From: Acidobacteriota bacterium
GTDB lineage: Bacteria; Acidobacteriota; Thermoanaerobaculia; Gp7-AA8
Reading direction: 5' to 3'
Length of the DNA: 64,000 nt
Assembly (NCBI GenBank): GCA_021325515.1
Contig: JAJPHC010000051.1
Coordinates: 27,998-91,997 of the forward strand
In this document: positions 1-11,182 of the stretch, piece after piece
How the letters are laid out: every line of letters starts with the position of its first letter
Position numbering within the stretch: position 1 is the stretch's first letter
Made by a program: the position numbers and the translations under genes
Notes under the pieces: generated by a model
Database searches by the model: none
Told to the model about the DNA's origin: nothing
What the model saw: only the letters and a program-made list of their open reading frames with translations

Positions 1-212
1 CAGACGCGATAGCCCGAGATCGCCATCAACACGTACAACGTGGTCCAAACCGGCGCGAACACGGCGTCAGGCGGATTGAACGAAGGCTTCTCGAGCTCGC
101 TGTACCACTGACGCGTCGTGCCGCGCCCGGGGTTGAAGAATCCACCGAGCATCGCGACGCCCGCCACGGCACCACCGAAGATTGCTGCGCCCAGGACATG
201 TTTTCTGTTCAT
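1..212 (-). CDS. TspO/MBR family tryptophan-rich sensory protein, N-terminal part only (gene continues past window start)
   Basis: Reverse-strand translation from ATG (rc of 210-212) gives [70 protein letters not shown]. The W/Y-rich pattern and KPxxxPP..VF..VWT.LY are typical of TspO. Confidence 0.6.
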   Translation of the reverse strand, partial: MNRKHVLGAAIFGGAVAGVAMLGGFFNPGRGTTRQWYSELEKPSFNPPDAVFAPVWTTLYVLMAISGYRV

Positions 213-304
213 CGCCAGCGCTCGCTGCACATTGTGTGCTGACTTGCACGCCGATGTCATGACCCCGCTCGTACCGGCGAGCCCTTTTTGCTAAAGTCCG
301 CGCC

Positions 305-1669
305 ATGATTCACGAGAGCACGGACACCCTTTCGAACGCCAGCATCGACGAGCTTGTGTACACCGCCGTTTTCAGCGCGAACGCCGCGGCGAAATCGGAG
401 GCGCGCCGGCAGATTCACCTTCAGGCTCGCCACAAAGGTGCGATCTCCTCGTCGATCTATCCGCTGTACATGGCGTTCGGCCGCAATGAAGTGAAGCAGC
501 GCTTCACCGTTCCCGCGTTCAACATCCGCGCACTCACGTACGACTCCGCCCGCGCCGTCTTCCGCGCGGCGATGCGCCACAACGTCGGCGCGTTCATCTT
601 CGAGATCGCACGCTCCGAAATCGGCTACACCGAACAGCGCCCCGCCGAATACGCCGCCTGCATCCTCGCCGCAGCGATCAAGGAAGGCTACAAGGGTCCC
701 GTCTTCATCCAGGGCGATCACTTCCAGGCCAGCGCGAAGAAGTGGGTCACGGAAGAAGGAAAGGCCGCCGAGATGAAGGCGCTCGAATCGCTCATCGACG
801 AAGCCATCGCCGCCGAGTTCTACAACATCGACATCGACACCTCGACGCTCGTCGATCTCAAGTACGAGACCCGCGACGAGCAGCAGCGCGAGAACTACCT
901 CGGCACCGCACATCTGACGAAGTACATCCGCGCACGCGAGCCGAAAGGCATCACGATCTCCATCGGCGGAGAGATCGGCGAAGTCGGCAAGTACAACACG
1001 CAGCCCGACGAAGTCCGCGCCTACGTCGACGGCGTCATCCGCCACCTCGACGGCCGGACCGGCATCAGCAAGATCAGCGTGCAGACCGGAACCTCCCACG
1101 GCGGTGTCCCGCTGCCGGATGGAACGGTCGCCGAAGCGAAGATCGACTTCGATGTGCTGAAAGAAACCACGGAGATCTGCCGCCGCGAATACGGCATCGG
1201 CGGATCCGTGCAGCATGGCGCGTCCACGCTCCCCGAGTCTGTCTTCAACAAGTTCCCCGAGGCCGACGCCGTCGAGATCCATCTCGCGACCGGCTTCCAG
1301 AACATGATCCTCGACGCGAAGTCGCTGCCGCAGGAGATGAAGGACGCGATCCGCGATTTCTGCTTCGCGAACTGCCAGGACGAGCGCAAGGCCGGCGAGA
1401 CCGACGAGCAGTTCGTCTACAAGACGCGCAAGAAAGCGATCGGCCCGTTCAAGAAGCAGATGTGGGAGCTGGGCGCCGAGCACAAGGATCCGATCGTGAA
1501 GGACCTCGAGGCGAAGTTCGAGTTCCTGATGGAGAAGCTCGGCGTCTTCAACACGAAGGAGATCGTCGCGAAGTACGTCCCGGCGATCCCCGCCGATCTG
1601 CCGGAGTATCGCGAAGCCTCGGCGGAGCTGACGGCCGCGGCGACCGTCGACCCGAACGAAGGAGAATGA
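305..1669 (+). CDS. class II aldolase family protein (fructose/tagatose-bisphosphate aldolase-like, long form)
   Basis: 454 aa. TVPAFNIRALTYDSARAVFRAAM and IQGDHFQ resemble the class II FBP-aldolase PAFN and DH motifs. The 257..1738 minus ORF is antisense to it. Confidence 0.6.
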   Translation: MIHESTDTLSNASIDELVYTAVFSANAAAKSEARRQIHLQARHKGAISSSIYPLYMAFGRNEVKQRFTVPAFNIRALTYDSARAVFRAAMRHNVGAFIFEIARSEIGYTEQRPAEYAACILAAAIKEGYKGPVFIQGDHFQASAKKWVTEEGKAAEMKALESLIDEAIAAEFYNIDIDTSTLVDLKYETRDEQQRENYLGTAHLTKYIRAREPKGITISIGGEIGEVGKYNTQPDEVRAYVDGVIRHLDGRTGISKISVQTGTSHGGVPLPDGTVAEAKIDFDVLKETTEICRREYGIGGSVQHGASTLPESVFNKFPEADAVEIHLATGFQNMILDAKSLPQEMKDAIRDFCFANCQDERKAGETDEQFVYKTRKKAIGPFKKQMWELGAEHKDPIVKDLEAKFEFLMEKLGVFNTKEIVAKYVPAIPADLPEYREASAELTAAATVDPNEGE

Positions 1670-1677
1670 TGGGGAAA

Positions 1678-1765
1678 GCGAAATTGAAAATTGAAAATTG
1701 AAAATTGCGGTGGCGCTTCGCGCCACATTCATTTTCAATTTTCAATTTTCAATTTTCAATTTCGC
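1678..1765. repeat. long hairpin built from tandem AT-rich heptamers, arms about 39 bp, 3-nt loop
   Basis: gcgAAATTGAAAATTGAAAATTGAAAATTGcggtggcgc-ttc-gcgccacattCATTTTCAATTTTCAATTTTCAATTTcgc. The left arm is (AAAATTG)n and the right arm is its reverse complement, with a GC clamp at the loop. It ends 2 nt before the ATG at 1768. Confidence 0.9.
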
Positions 1766-1767
1766 AA

Positions 1768-2601
1768 ATGTCTCCTTTGACCCAGATCCTGGCGATATTC
1801 GCCATCGCCATCCTCGCCGGTTTTCTCGGCAGTCTTCTCGGCCTCGGCGGCGGGATCATCGTCGTTCCGGCGCTGACCCTGCTCTTCGGCATCGACATCC
1901 GGATGGCGATCGGCGCCTCGATCATCTCCGTCATCGCGACGTCGAGCGGCGCCGCCGCGGCGTATGTGAAGGAGCACCTCGCGAATCTGCGCGTCGCGAT
2001 GTTCCTCGAGATCGGCACGACGCTCGGCGCGATCAGCGGTGCGTACCTCGCCGGCGTGATTCACACCAGATTTCTCTTCATTCTGTTCGGTGGCCTGCTC
2101 GCCTGGTCCGCGATCGCAATGCTGAAGAAGCGCCACGAAGGTGAAGGCATCGCCAGCCCGAGCGCTCTCGCCGACCGGCTGAAGCTGCACGGCAGCTTCT
2201 ACGACGAGGCGATCGATCAACATGTTGACTATCGCGTCACGCGCCCCGGAACGGGCCTGGGCCTCATGTATCTCGCCGGCGCAGCCAGCGGGCTGCTGGG
2301 CATCGGCTCCGGCGCGCTCAAGGTCCCGGCGATGGATCTCGCGATGCGCCTGCCGATGAAGGTCTCGACGGCGACGAGCAACTTCATGATCGGCGTGACC
2401 GCCGCGGCCAGCGCGGGCCTCTACTTCGTGCGCGGCGAGATCGATCCCCTTCTCGCCGGTCCCGTCGCCACAGGCGTCCTCCTCGGTGCCACCGCCGGCT
2501 CGCGCTTCCTCGGCCGTGTGGAAAGCCGCGTCATCCGCACCGTCTTCGTCGTCGTCCTCATCGTCGTCTCTGTCGAGATGCTCGTGAAAGGACTGCGATG
2601 A
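1768..2601 (+). CDS. TauE/SafE family sulfite/anion exporter (membrane protein)
   Basis: Polytopic hydrophobic protein. Gly-rich GSLLGLGGGIIVVPAL motifs occur in both halves, as in TauE/SafE. True ATG at 1768; the ORF-track start at 1705 lies inside the hairpin. Confidence 0.75.
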   Translation: MSPLTQILAIFAIAILAGFLGSLLGLGGGIIVVPALTLLFGIDIRMAIGASIISVIATSSGAAAAYVKEHLANLRVAMFLEIGTTLGAISGAYLAGVIHTRFLFILFGGLLAWSAIAMLKKRHEGEGIASPSALADRLKLHGSFYDEAIDQHVDYRVTRPGTGLGLMYLAGAASGLLGIGSGALKVPAMDLAMRLPMKVSTATSNFMIGVTAAASAGLYFVRGEIDPLLAGPVATGVLLGATAGSRFLGRVESRVIRTVFVVVLIVVSVEMLVKGLR

Positions 2602-2939
2602 ACACCGATCTCCTCATCAGCCGGCTCCTGCGCAGCGGCGTGATCATCAGCGCGATCCTCGTCGTGATCGGGATGGGGATTGCGATCGTCCATCATCCGG
2701 CCAGCCTCATCGGCATGAAGATCCATTCGCCCCGGGAAGTCGTCCGCGCCATTCGCGATGGACACGGCCAGGGCATCGCCATGCTCGGCCTGCTGCTGCT
2801 GATCGCCACTCCGGTGATGCGCGTCGCCGTCTCGATCGCCATCTTCCTCCGCGAACGCGATTTCACATTCGTGGCGATCACCACAGCCGTCCTGCTCCTC
2901 CTGCTGCTCTCCTTCGTCCTCGGTGCAGCCAGCGGTTAG
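2598..2939 (+). CDS. DUF1634 family small membrane protein (usual partner of TauE)
   Basis: 113 aa, hydrophobic, overlaps the TauE stop by 4 nt (ATGA). TauE-DUF1634 pairs are a conserved arrangement. Confidence 0.6.
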   Translation: MNTDLLISRLLRSGVIISAILVVIGMGIAIVHHPASLIGMKIHSPREVVRAIRDGHGQGIAMLGLLLLIATPVMRVAVSIAIFLRERDFTFVAITTAVLLLLLLSFVLGAASG

Positions 2940-2971
2940 GAAAAGCAGTCCCTCGCTGCCTGTGAGAGTGA

Positions 2972-5027
<2,056 letters not shown>

Positions 5028-5110
5028 GGGCGATCTCCTTCGAGCGGAGATTCTACTTTGATCGCAACAATTGCGGGCGTATAAACGGAACCTCCAAGGG
5101 AGGCATTCGG

Positions 5111-7870
5111 ATGAAACGGGTCGTGCTCTTCTTCGCCCTCGCTGTCCTTCCGCTCACTACACGCGCAGAATTTCCCAACGGCGTCTTCAGCAAGGTGCCG
5201 GGCATGCAGATGCCGGGAATGATCACTCGCGAGTCGAATGGCATTCCTCACATCTATGCCTTCACGCGTCACGACGTCTACTTCCTCAACGGCTGGGTGC
5301 AGGCGCAGGACCGGCTCTTCCAGATGGACTTCAACCGCCGCGCCGCTTCCGGCACGCTCGCCGAGATCCTCGGCCCGGCCGCGCTCTCGCAGGATGTGAC
5401 GCTGCGAACATTCGGACTCCGCCGCATCTCCGCCGCTGCCCTCCCACTCTTGAGCGCTTCCACGCGCGACACGCTCGACGCATATGCGGCGGGCGTCAAC
5501 GCGTACGCATCCACACACACGCTGCCACCGGAGTACTCGCTCGTCGGCATCACGAAGTTCGAGCCGTGGACGGCGCTCGACTCCGTCGCCGTCGCAAAGC
5601 TGCTCGCGTTCCAGCTCTCGTTCGATTCCTCGGATACCGATCGAACCGTCGCCTATCTGTCCTACCAGGGCGCATGCAAAGCCATCGGTTGCGACGGCAC
5701 AAAGCTTTTTTTTGCTGACACGTTTCATCCCGGACCCTTCAGCCCGGCGGCAACGATTCCCGACGCGACCGGGAGCGGCCAGCCCGTTCCCGAACTCGCC
5801 ATTCCACGTGCCGACCTTTCGTTCGTGAAGCCGGAGACCGTTTCGCTACTTCGTCAACATCTTGACGAAGTGAGAGAGTCGGCGATCCTCGCACCATCGC
5901 TCGATTCCGAATCGCATGCCGGCTCGAACGAATGGGCCATCGCCGGAAAGAATTCGACGACGGGCAATCCGCTGCTGGCGAGCGATCCGCACCTCTCGCT
6001 CGGATTTCCTCCGAACTTCTATCCGATCTCGCTTCGCGGCGCGGGACTCAACGTCGCGGGAATGAGCTTCGCCGGTGTTCCCTCCGTCGTTCAAGGGCAG
6101 AACGAGCACCTCGCCTGGGGCTCCACCGTCTTTCCCACCGATGTCACCGATTACTACCAGGAGCAGCTCGTACCAGATGCCGCATCGCCGAGCGGTTTCT
6201 CCTCGATGTACAAAGGTGCGAAGGAACCGGTCATTCCGATCCCAGAGGTCTATCGCGTCAACGCCGGCGGAACGCTGACGACGGTGACCACGGGTGTGCC
6301 CGCCGCGACGCTGATGGTCACGCGCCACGGCCCGATCGTCAGCTTCGATGCGAAGACCGGTGTTGCGATCTCGGTGCAATACACCGGCTTCTATCCCACG
6401 CACGAGATCGAAGCCTTCCTCCTCATCAACGAGGCGAAGACCGTCGACGACTTCAAGGCGGCGCTTCAACTCTTCGATATCGGGTCGCAGAACTTCGCCG
6501 TGGCAACCGACAAGGGCGACATCGCCTACTTCACGAGCGCCGAGCTGCCGATCCGCGAAGATCTCGCCGCCGGCACCGTCAACGGCGCGCCGCCCTTCCT
6601 GATCCGTAACGGTCAGGGCGGCAACGAATGGTTAGCCGTGAAGAACGCGCAGCCGAGCCAGGCGGTTCCGTTCGAGATCCTCCCCTACGCGGAGATGCCG
6701 CAGGTGGTCAATCCTTCGAACGGCTGGTTCGTCAGCGCCAACAACGATCCACTCGGCCTCACGAACGACAACGATCCGCTCAACACGCCGCGCACCGGCA
6801 ACAACGGCATCCTCTATCTCTCGCCCGGCTACGACGGTGTGCGCGCCGGCCGCATCACGCAACTCATTCGTCAGAAGCTGGCCAACGGCGGAAAGATCTC
6901 GCCCGACGACATGAAGAGCTTCCAGGCCGACACCGTGCTGCTGGATGCCGAGGTGTTGGTGCCGTACATCAAGACGGCATTCGCGAATGGGCAGGCTTCG
7001 GGCGCGAATCCGGTGCTCGCTGCACTCGCCGCGAATCCCGCGGTCATCGCAGCGATGGGACGCCTGTCGAAGTGGGACTTCTCCACACCTACCGGCATCG
7101 ACACGGGCTACGACGCCTCTGATGTCAACGGCGCATTCTCGACGCCCTCGCAGGCGGAGATCGACAACAGCGTTGCCGCGACGATCTACTCGATGTGGCG
7201 CAGCCGCTTCCTCGCCAACACGATGGACGCGGTGCTGAACGCCATTCACATGCCGCTCGCCCCCTCCCAGAGTCAACTCGCGGCGCTCCGCTTCCAGCTC
7301 GATCACTTCGATCTGACGAAGGGCAAGGGCTTCTCCGGTCTCGATGTTTTCAATGTGCCCGGCGTGACGGATCCCGCCGCGCGGCGCGACATCGTCATTC
7401 TGAAGAGCCTTGCCGACGGCCTCACGCTGCTCGCCGGCGACGCATTTGCACCAGCGTTCAATCACTCCACGGATCTCGCGGACTATCGCTGGGGCAAGTT
7501 GCATCGCATTGTGTTCGCGCATCCGATCGGTGACATCTTCTCTGTCGGTTCAACCATCGGACAGCGGCCGATTCCATCCACGCCGGGGCTGACGGGTCTT
7601 GCAACGGACGGCGGACTTTGGACCGTCGACGTTGCCAATCACAACGCTCGCGCGGCGACAGTCGAGCAGTTCCGCTTTACGAACGGACCCAACCGCCGCT
7701 ACGTCGGAGAGGTCACTCCCACCGGCGTGAATGGACAGTCGTCGCTGCCCGGCGGCGTCAGCGGAATTCCCGGCGATCCTCTTTCCGTCAATCTCCTCAT
7801 GCTCTGGCTGACGAATGAAACGTTCCCGGTGGTCGCCGACACATATCCGCGGCTCCCGTTCATCAGGTGA
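5111..7870 (+). CDS. penicillin acylase (Ntn-hydrolase S45) family protein, possible acyl-homoserine-lactone acylase
   Basis: 919 aa with signal peptide. Internal GSNEWAIAGKNSTTGNPLLASDPH has the Ser nucleophile context of the S45 beta-subunit N-terminus. Confidence 0.8.
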   Translation: MKRVVLFFALAVLPLTTRAEFPNGVFSKVPGMQMPGMITRESNGIPHIYAFTRHDVYFLNGWVQAQDRLFQMDFNRRAASGTLAEILGPAALSQDVTLRTFGLRRISAAALPLLSASTRDTLDAYAAGVNAYASTHTLPPEYSLVGITKFEPWTALDSVAVAKLLAFQLSFDSSDTDRTVAYLSYQGACKAIGCDGTKLFFADTFHPGPFSPAATIPDATGSGQPVPELAIPRADLSFVKPETVSLLRQHLDEVRESAILAPSLDSESHAGSNEWAIAGKNSTTGNPLLASDPHLSLGFPPNFYPISLRGAGLNVAGMSFAGVPSVVQGQNEHLAWGSTVFPTDVTDYYQEQLVPDAASPSGFSSMYKGAKEPVIPIPEVYRVNAGGTLTTVTTGVPAATLMVTRHGPIVSFDAKTGVAISVQYTGFYPTHEIEAFLLINEAKTVDDFKAALQLFDIGSQNFAVATDKGDIAYFTSAELPIREDLAAGTVNGAPPFLIRNGQGGNEWLAVKNAQPSQAVPFEILPYAEMPQVVNPSNGWFVSANNDPLGLTNDNDPLNTPRTGNNGILYLSPGYDGVRAGRITQLIRQKLANGGKISPDDMKSFQADTVLLDAEVLVPYIKTAFANGQASGANPVLAALAANPAVIAAMGRLSKWDFSTPTGIDTGYDASDVNGAFSTPSQAEIDNSVAATIYSMWRSRFLANTMDAVLNAIHMPLAPSQSQLAALRFQLDHFDLTKGKGFSGLDVFNVPGVTDPAARRDIVILKSLADGLTLLAGDAFAPAFNHSTDLADYRWGKLHRIVFAHPIGDIFSVGSTIGQRPIPSTPGLTGLATDGGLWTVDVANHNARAATVEQFRFTNGPNRRYVGEVTPTGVNGQSSLPGGVSGIPGDPLSVNLLMLWLTNETFPVVADTYPRLPFIR

Positions 7871-8278
7871 ATGCGCAACTACGAAACTGGAGCTTCTTCC
7901 ACACTGCTCGTGTTCGACATCGGCGATGAAGTTCTGAGCGCTCTGCAGAGCTTCATCGCCGATCAGCGGATCCCATCCGCCTGGTTCCAGGCGATCGGCG
8001 CTTTCGAGAATGCGACGATCGCCTACTGGAATCGCGATACGAAGCAATACGAAGACATCGCGATCGACGAGCAGGTCGAAGTGATCGCCCTTTCCGGAAA
8101 CGCCCTCCCCTCGAAAGTGCACGGCCACGTCATCCTCGGCCGCCGCGACGGCTCGACGATCGGCGGACATCTCAAGCGCGGCATCGTCTATCCCACACTG
8201 GAGATGCATCTCACGCGATTCGAGAGCGGCATCTCGCGCCGGCGCGACGACGAAACGGGACTCGACCTCATCCGATGA
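7871..8278 (+). CDS. PPC (DUF296) domain protein
   Basis: 135 aa; ...KVHGHVILGRRDGSTIGGHL... matches the PPC/DUF296 fold signature. Confidence 0.55.
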   Translation: MRNYETGASSTLLVFDIGDEVLSALQSFIADQRIPSAWFQAIGAFENATIAYWNRDTKQYEDIAIDEQVEVIALSGNALPSKVHGHVILGRRDGSTIGGHLKRGIVYPTLEMHLTRFESGISRRRDDETGLDLIR

Positions 8279-8607
8279 TCAGCCCCGATCTCCGCGAGTT
8301 CGTCGCGCGCGAGCTGAAGATCGCGCCCGAGAAGCTGAAGGACACAGATCGCCTGCAGCACGATCTCGGACTCGACGGCAACGATGCCGCGCAGTTTCTT
8401 CAGAAATTCGCCGAGCGCTTCGACGTCGACATGAGCTCGTTCGAGTTCGAGAAGTACTTCGGCCGGGAGTCGCTGGGCTGCCTGCCGTTGTGGATCGTCT
8501 GGATCGTGATTCCGCCGCTGCGGCCGAAGGTGAAGCCGGTCACGCTTGCCGACCTGCAGAAATCGGTTCGCGCGAAGAAGTGGAAGCGGCCGCGGGCACG
8601 CGAGTAG
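8275..8607 (+). CDS. hypothetical protein (DUF1493-like)
   Basis: 110 aa ORF with a 4-nt overlap to the upstream gene. Weak resemblance to acyl-carrier-like DUF1493. Confidence 0.4.
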   Translation: MISPDLREFVARELKIAPEKLKDTDRLQHDLGLDGNDAAQFLQKFAERFDVDMSSFEFEKYFGRESLGCLPLWIVWIVIPPLRPKVKPVTLADLQKSVRAKKWKRPRARE

Positions 8608-8640
8608 CACTACCTCAGCTTTGAAAGGAATTTCAAAAGC

Positions 8641-8796
8641 ATGGGTAATCTGCTCTGGCTCATTATTGTGATCCTCGTCATCATGTGGCTGGGCGGCTTC
8701 GCGATGCATGTCGGCGGCGGTCTCATCCACCTCCTGCTCGTGATCGCGGTGATCGTTCTGATCTTTCAGCTCATCACCGGCCGCCGCGGCGTTTGA
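8641..8796 (+). CDS. small hydrophobic membrane protein (lmo0937-like), 51 aa
   Basis: Not in the ORF track (under 60 aa). ATG at 8641 preceded by gaaagga; MGNLLWLIIVILVIMWLGGFAMHVGGGLIHLLLVIAVIVLIFQLITGRRGV; stop TGA at 8794-8796. Confidence 0.45.
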   Translation: MGNLLWLIIVILVIMWLGGFAMHVGGGLIHLLLVIAVIVLIFQLITGRRGV

Positions 8797-9583
8797 ACGC
8801 GCGCACCAGCCGCTTCACTCGTTCCACATCGACAGGTTCTGCGACGCTGGCACCGCGCTTGATCGCGGTGCCGGCGATCGCTCCATCCGCCGCGGCGAAG
8901 CGGGGCGCGTTCTCTTCCGTCAGACCGCTGCCGATCAGCAGCGGCGCATCGACGGCCTGACGTACGCTCTCCAGCCGCTCCGCATCCGGCGCTGATCCCG
9001 TTTCCGCGCCGGTGATGATCATCGCATCCGCCAGACCGCGAAGGCGGAGATCCTTCGCCGACTGCAGCGGGTCGTACGCCGCGAGCGGCACCGCATGCTT
9101 CACGAGGTGATCGGCGAAGATCAGGACGTCCGGCGCACTCGCAGCGCGCACGCGCAGCGTCTCGCTCGCCTCCCCTTCGATGATCCCCTGATCGGTCAGC
9201 ATCGCGCCGGTGTGAATGTTGACGCGGACGAACGCCGCGCCGGTCGCTGACGCAATCGCCAATGCCGACTGCGGATCGTTGCGCAGAACATTCACGCCGA
9301 CCGGCAGCCTGCTCACGCGCGCGATCTCCGCGATGACGCGCGTCATCGCCGCGACGGTCTGCGCCGGCACGCGCCCGCGAAAGAACGGCTTGTCGCCGAA
9401 GTTCTCGACGACGATGCCGTCGCAGCCACCCTTCGCGATCGCACGCGCATCCGCGAGCGCGAATTCGACGACGTCAGCCATCGAGCCCTGGAAGAGCGGC
9501 GCTCCCGGTAACGGCTTGAGGTGCACCATCCCGAAAATGGCGCGAGGTCCGAAGCGCTTCGCAAACTCGTCACGACTCAACAT
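8774..9583 (-). CDS. BtpA/SgcQ family protein
   Basis: Starts MLSRDEFAKRFGPRAIFGMVHLKPLPGAP...; conserved VNVLRND and GAAFVRVN blocks of the BtpA TIM-barrel family. Start taken at the internal ATG (9581-9583). Confidence 0.65.
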   Translation of the reverse strand: MLSRDEFAKRFGPRAIFGMVHLKPLPGAPLFQGSMADVVEFALADARAIAKGGCDGIVVENFGDKPFFRGRVPAQTVAAMTRVIAEIARVSRLPVGVNVLRNDPQSALAIASATGAAFVRVNIHTGAMLTDQGIIEGEASETLRVRAASAPDVLIFADHLVKHAVPLAAYDPLQSAKDLRLRGLADAMIITGAETGSAPDAERLESVRQAVDAPLLIGSGLTEENAPRFAAADGAIAGTAIKRGASVAEPVDVERVKRLVRAFKRRGGR

Positions 9584-9593
9584 GCCGGCAATG

Positions 9594-9664
9594 TAGGACA
9601 GGCGCCCTCGCCTGTCCAACCGAACCGACAGGCGAGGCCGACAGGCGAGGGCGCCTGTCGTACA
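9594..9664. repeat. palindromic repeat element, family 2 (GTAGGACAGGCGCCCTCGCCTGTCC ... GACAGGCGAGGGCGCCTGTCGTAC), intergenic copy
   Basis: The two ends are reverse complements of each other and each end is itself a small hairpin. Other copies at 39309-39430 and 43115-43174. Confidence 0.85.
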
Positions 9665-9666
9665 CC

Positions 9667-9672
9667 TATAAT
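9667..9672 (+). promoter_or_regulatory. candidate -10 box (TATAAT) for cysS, possibly leaderless
   Basis: Perfect TATAAT ends 9 nt before the cysS ATG at 9682, with no room for a Shine-Dalgarno sequence. Confidence 0.3.
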
Positions 9673-9681
9673 GCGGGCCCA

Positions 9682-11091
9682 ATGTCCGAGCTTCGCCTTT
9701 TCAACACGCTGACCCGCGACAAAGACCTCTTCATTCCCCTTCACCCCGGCGAGGTGAAGATGTATTCCTGCGGGCCGACCGTCTACAACCACCCGCACAT
9801 CGGAAATCTGCGGACGTTCCTCTGGAGTGACGTCCTGCGCCGCTATCTCGAGTTCCGCGGCCTGCGCGTCACGCAGATCATGAACATCACCGATGTCGAG
9901 GACAAGATCATTCGCAACGCGAATGCGGCGGGACAGGACATCCACACCTACACCGCGCCGTACATCGAGGCGTTCCACACCGCGCTGCGCGAGCTGCGCG
10001 TGCGGCCTGCCGACTCCTATCCGCGCGCGACCGAATACATCCCGCAGATGCTCGCGCTCGTGAAGACTCTGGACGAGCGCGGCCACACCTATGTCGCCGA
10101 CGGCTCGACCTACTTCCGCGTCTCGACGCTCCCCGGCTACGGCAAGCTCTCGAAGATCGAGCTCGATGCCTCAACCGAATACGGCCGCATCGAGTCCGAC
10201 GAATACGAAAAAGAGTCGGCGCGCGATTTCGTCCTCTGGAAAGCGAAGAAAGAGGGCGAGCCGTCATGGCAGGCCGCGATCGGCGAAGGACGCCCCGGCT
10301 GGCACCTCGAGTGCTCCGCGATGTCGATGGACCTCCTCGGCGAGACCTTCGACATCCACACCGGCGCCGTCGATCTCATCTTCCCGCATCACGAGAACGA
10401 AATCGCGCAGAGCGAGGGGGCGACCGGCAAGCCGTTCGTCCGCTTCTGGATTCACGGCGAACATCTCAACATCGACCAGCAGAAGATGTCGAAGTCGCTC
10501 GGCAACATCTACACGCTCGCCGAGATCAAAGAGATGAACTACGAGCCGCTGGCGCTGCGCTATGCGCTGCTGTCGGTGCCGCACCGCACGAAGCTGAACT
10601 TCACGACGCAATCGCTCGACGATGCGAAGAGCGCACTGGCGCGCATCGACTCATTCCTCCTGCGCGTGAAGGAGCTCTCCGCTTCCGGGCCGCATGGCGC
10701 GAAGGAATCCGATGGCCACGCCGGAGAACTGATCGGCAGGTTCCTCATCGATTTCGAAGCGGCGATGGATGACGATCTGAATACCGCAGGCGCGCTCGGC
10801 GCCCTCTTCACGCTGATCCGCGACGGCAACATCGCGATGGACGCCGGACGCATCAGCGCTGCGGATGCGGAGGGAATTCACGCCGCGCTGATGAAAGTGG
10901 ATCCCGTGCTCGACATCTTCCCGAAGCGCGACGAGAACCTCGACGCCGAAATCGAAGAGCTGATCGCGCAGCGCAACGCCGCGCGCAAAGCGCGCAACTT
11001 CGCCGAGAGCGATCGCATCCGCGACCTCCTGCTGTCGAAGGACATCCTGCTCGAAGACACGCCGGGAGGGACGAGGTGGAGAAAGAAGTGA
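9682..11091 (+). CDS. cysS: cysteine--tRNA ligase
   Basis: 469 aa; CGPTVYNHPHIGN (HIGH motif) and KMSKSLGN (KMSKS motif); class I aaRS architecture of CysRS. Confidence 0.95.
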   Translation: MSELRLFNTLTRDKDLFIPLHPGEVKMYSCGPTVYNHPHIGNLRTFLWSDVLRRYLEFRGLRVTQIMNITDVEDKIIRNANAAGQDIHTYTAPYIEAFHTALRELRVRPADSYPRATEYIPQMLALVKTLDERGHTYVADGSTYFRVSTLPGYGKLSKIELDASTEYGRIESDEYEKESARDFVLWKAKKEGEPSWQAAIGEGRPGWHLECSAMSMDLLGETFDIHTGAVDLIFPHHENEIAQSEGATGKPFVRFWIHGEHLNIDQQKMSKSLGNIYTLAEIKEMNYEPLALRYALLSVPHRTKLNFTTQSLDDAKSALARIDSFLLRVKELSASGPHGAKESDGHAGELIGRFLIDFEAAMDDDLNTAGALGALFTLIRDGNIAMDAGRISAADAEGIHAALMKVDPVLDIFPKRDENLDAEIEELIAQRNAARKARNFAESDRIRDLLLSKDILLEDTPGGTRWRKK

Positions 11092-11182
11092 GGTTTCGCG
11101 GTTTCGAGGTCGCGCGGGCTCGCGGTCTCGTGGACCAAAGCCACCGCGAGCCCGCGAGCCCGCGTACCCGCGCCACCAAATC

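Noticed and set aside
257-1738. 493-aa minus-strand ORF
   Set aside because: Entirely antisense to the aldolase-family gene (305-1669), which has a recognisable enzyme-motif pattern. High-GC genomes produce long stop-free antisense frames. The hydrophilic R/D/G-rich translation is typical of such artefacts.
11091-11182. Possible tRNA or ncRNA in the GC-rich cysS-ruvA spacer
   Set aside because: The sequence forms a simple GC-rich inverted repeat (cgcgggctcgcgg...accgcgagcccgcg) consistent with a terminator hairpin. There is no cloverleaf or anticodon-arm structure. Related CCCGCGAGCCCGCG motifs at 28117-28142 and 43085-43110 suggest a short repeated GC motif rather than an RNA gene.
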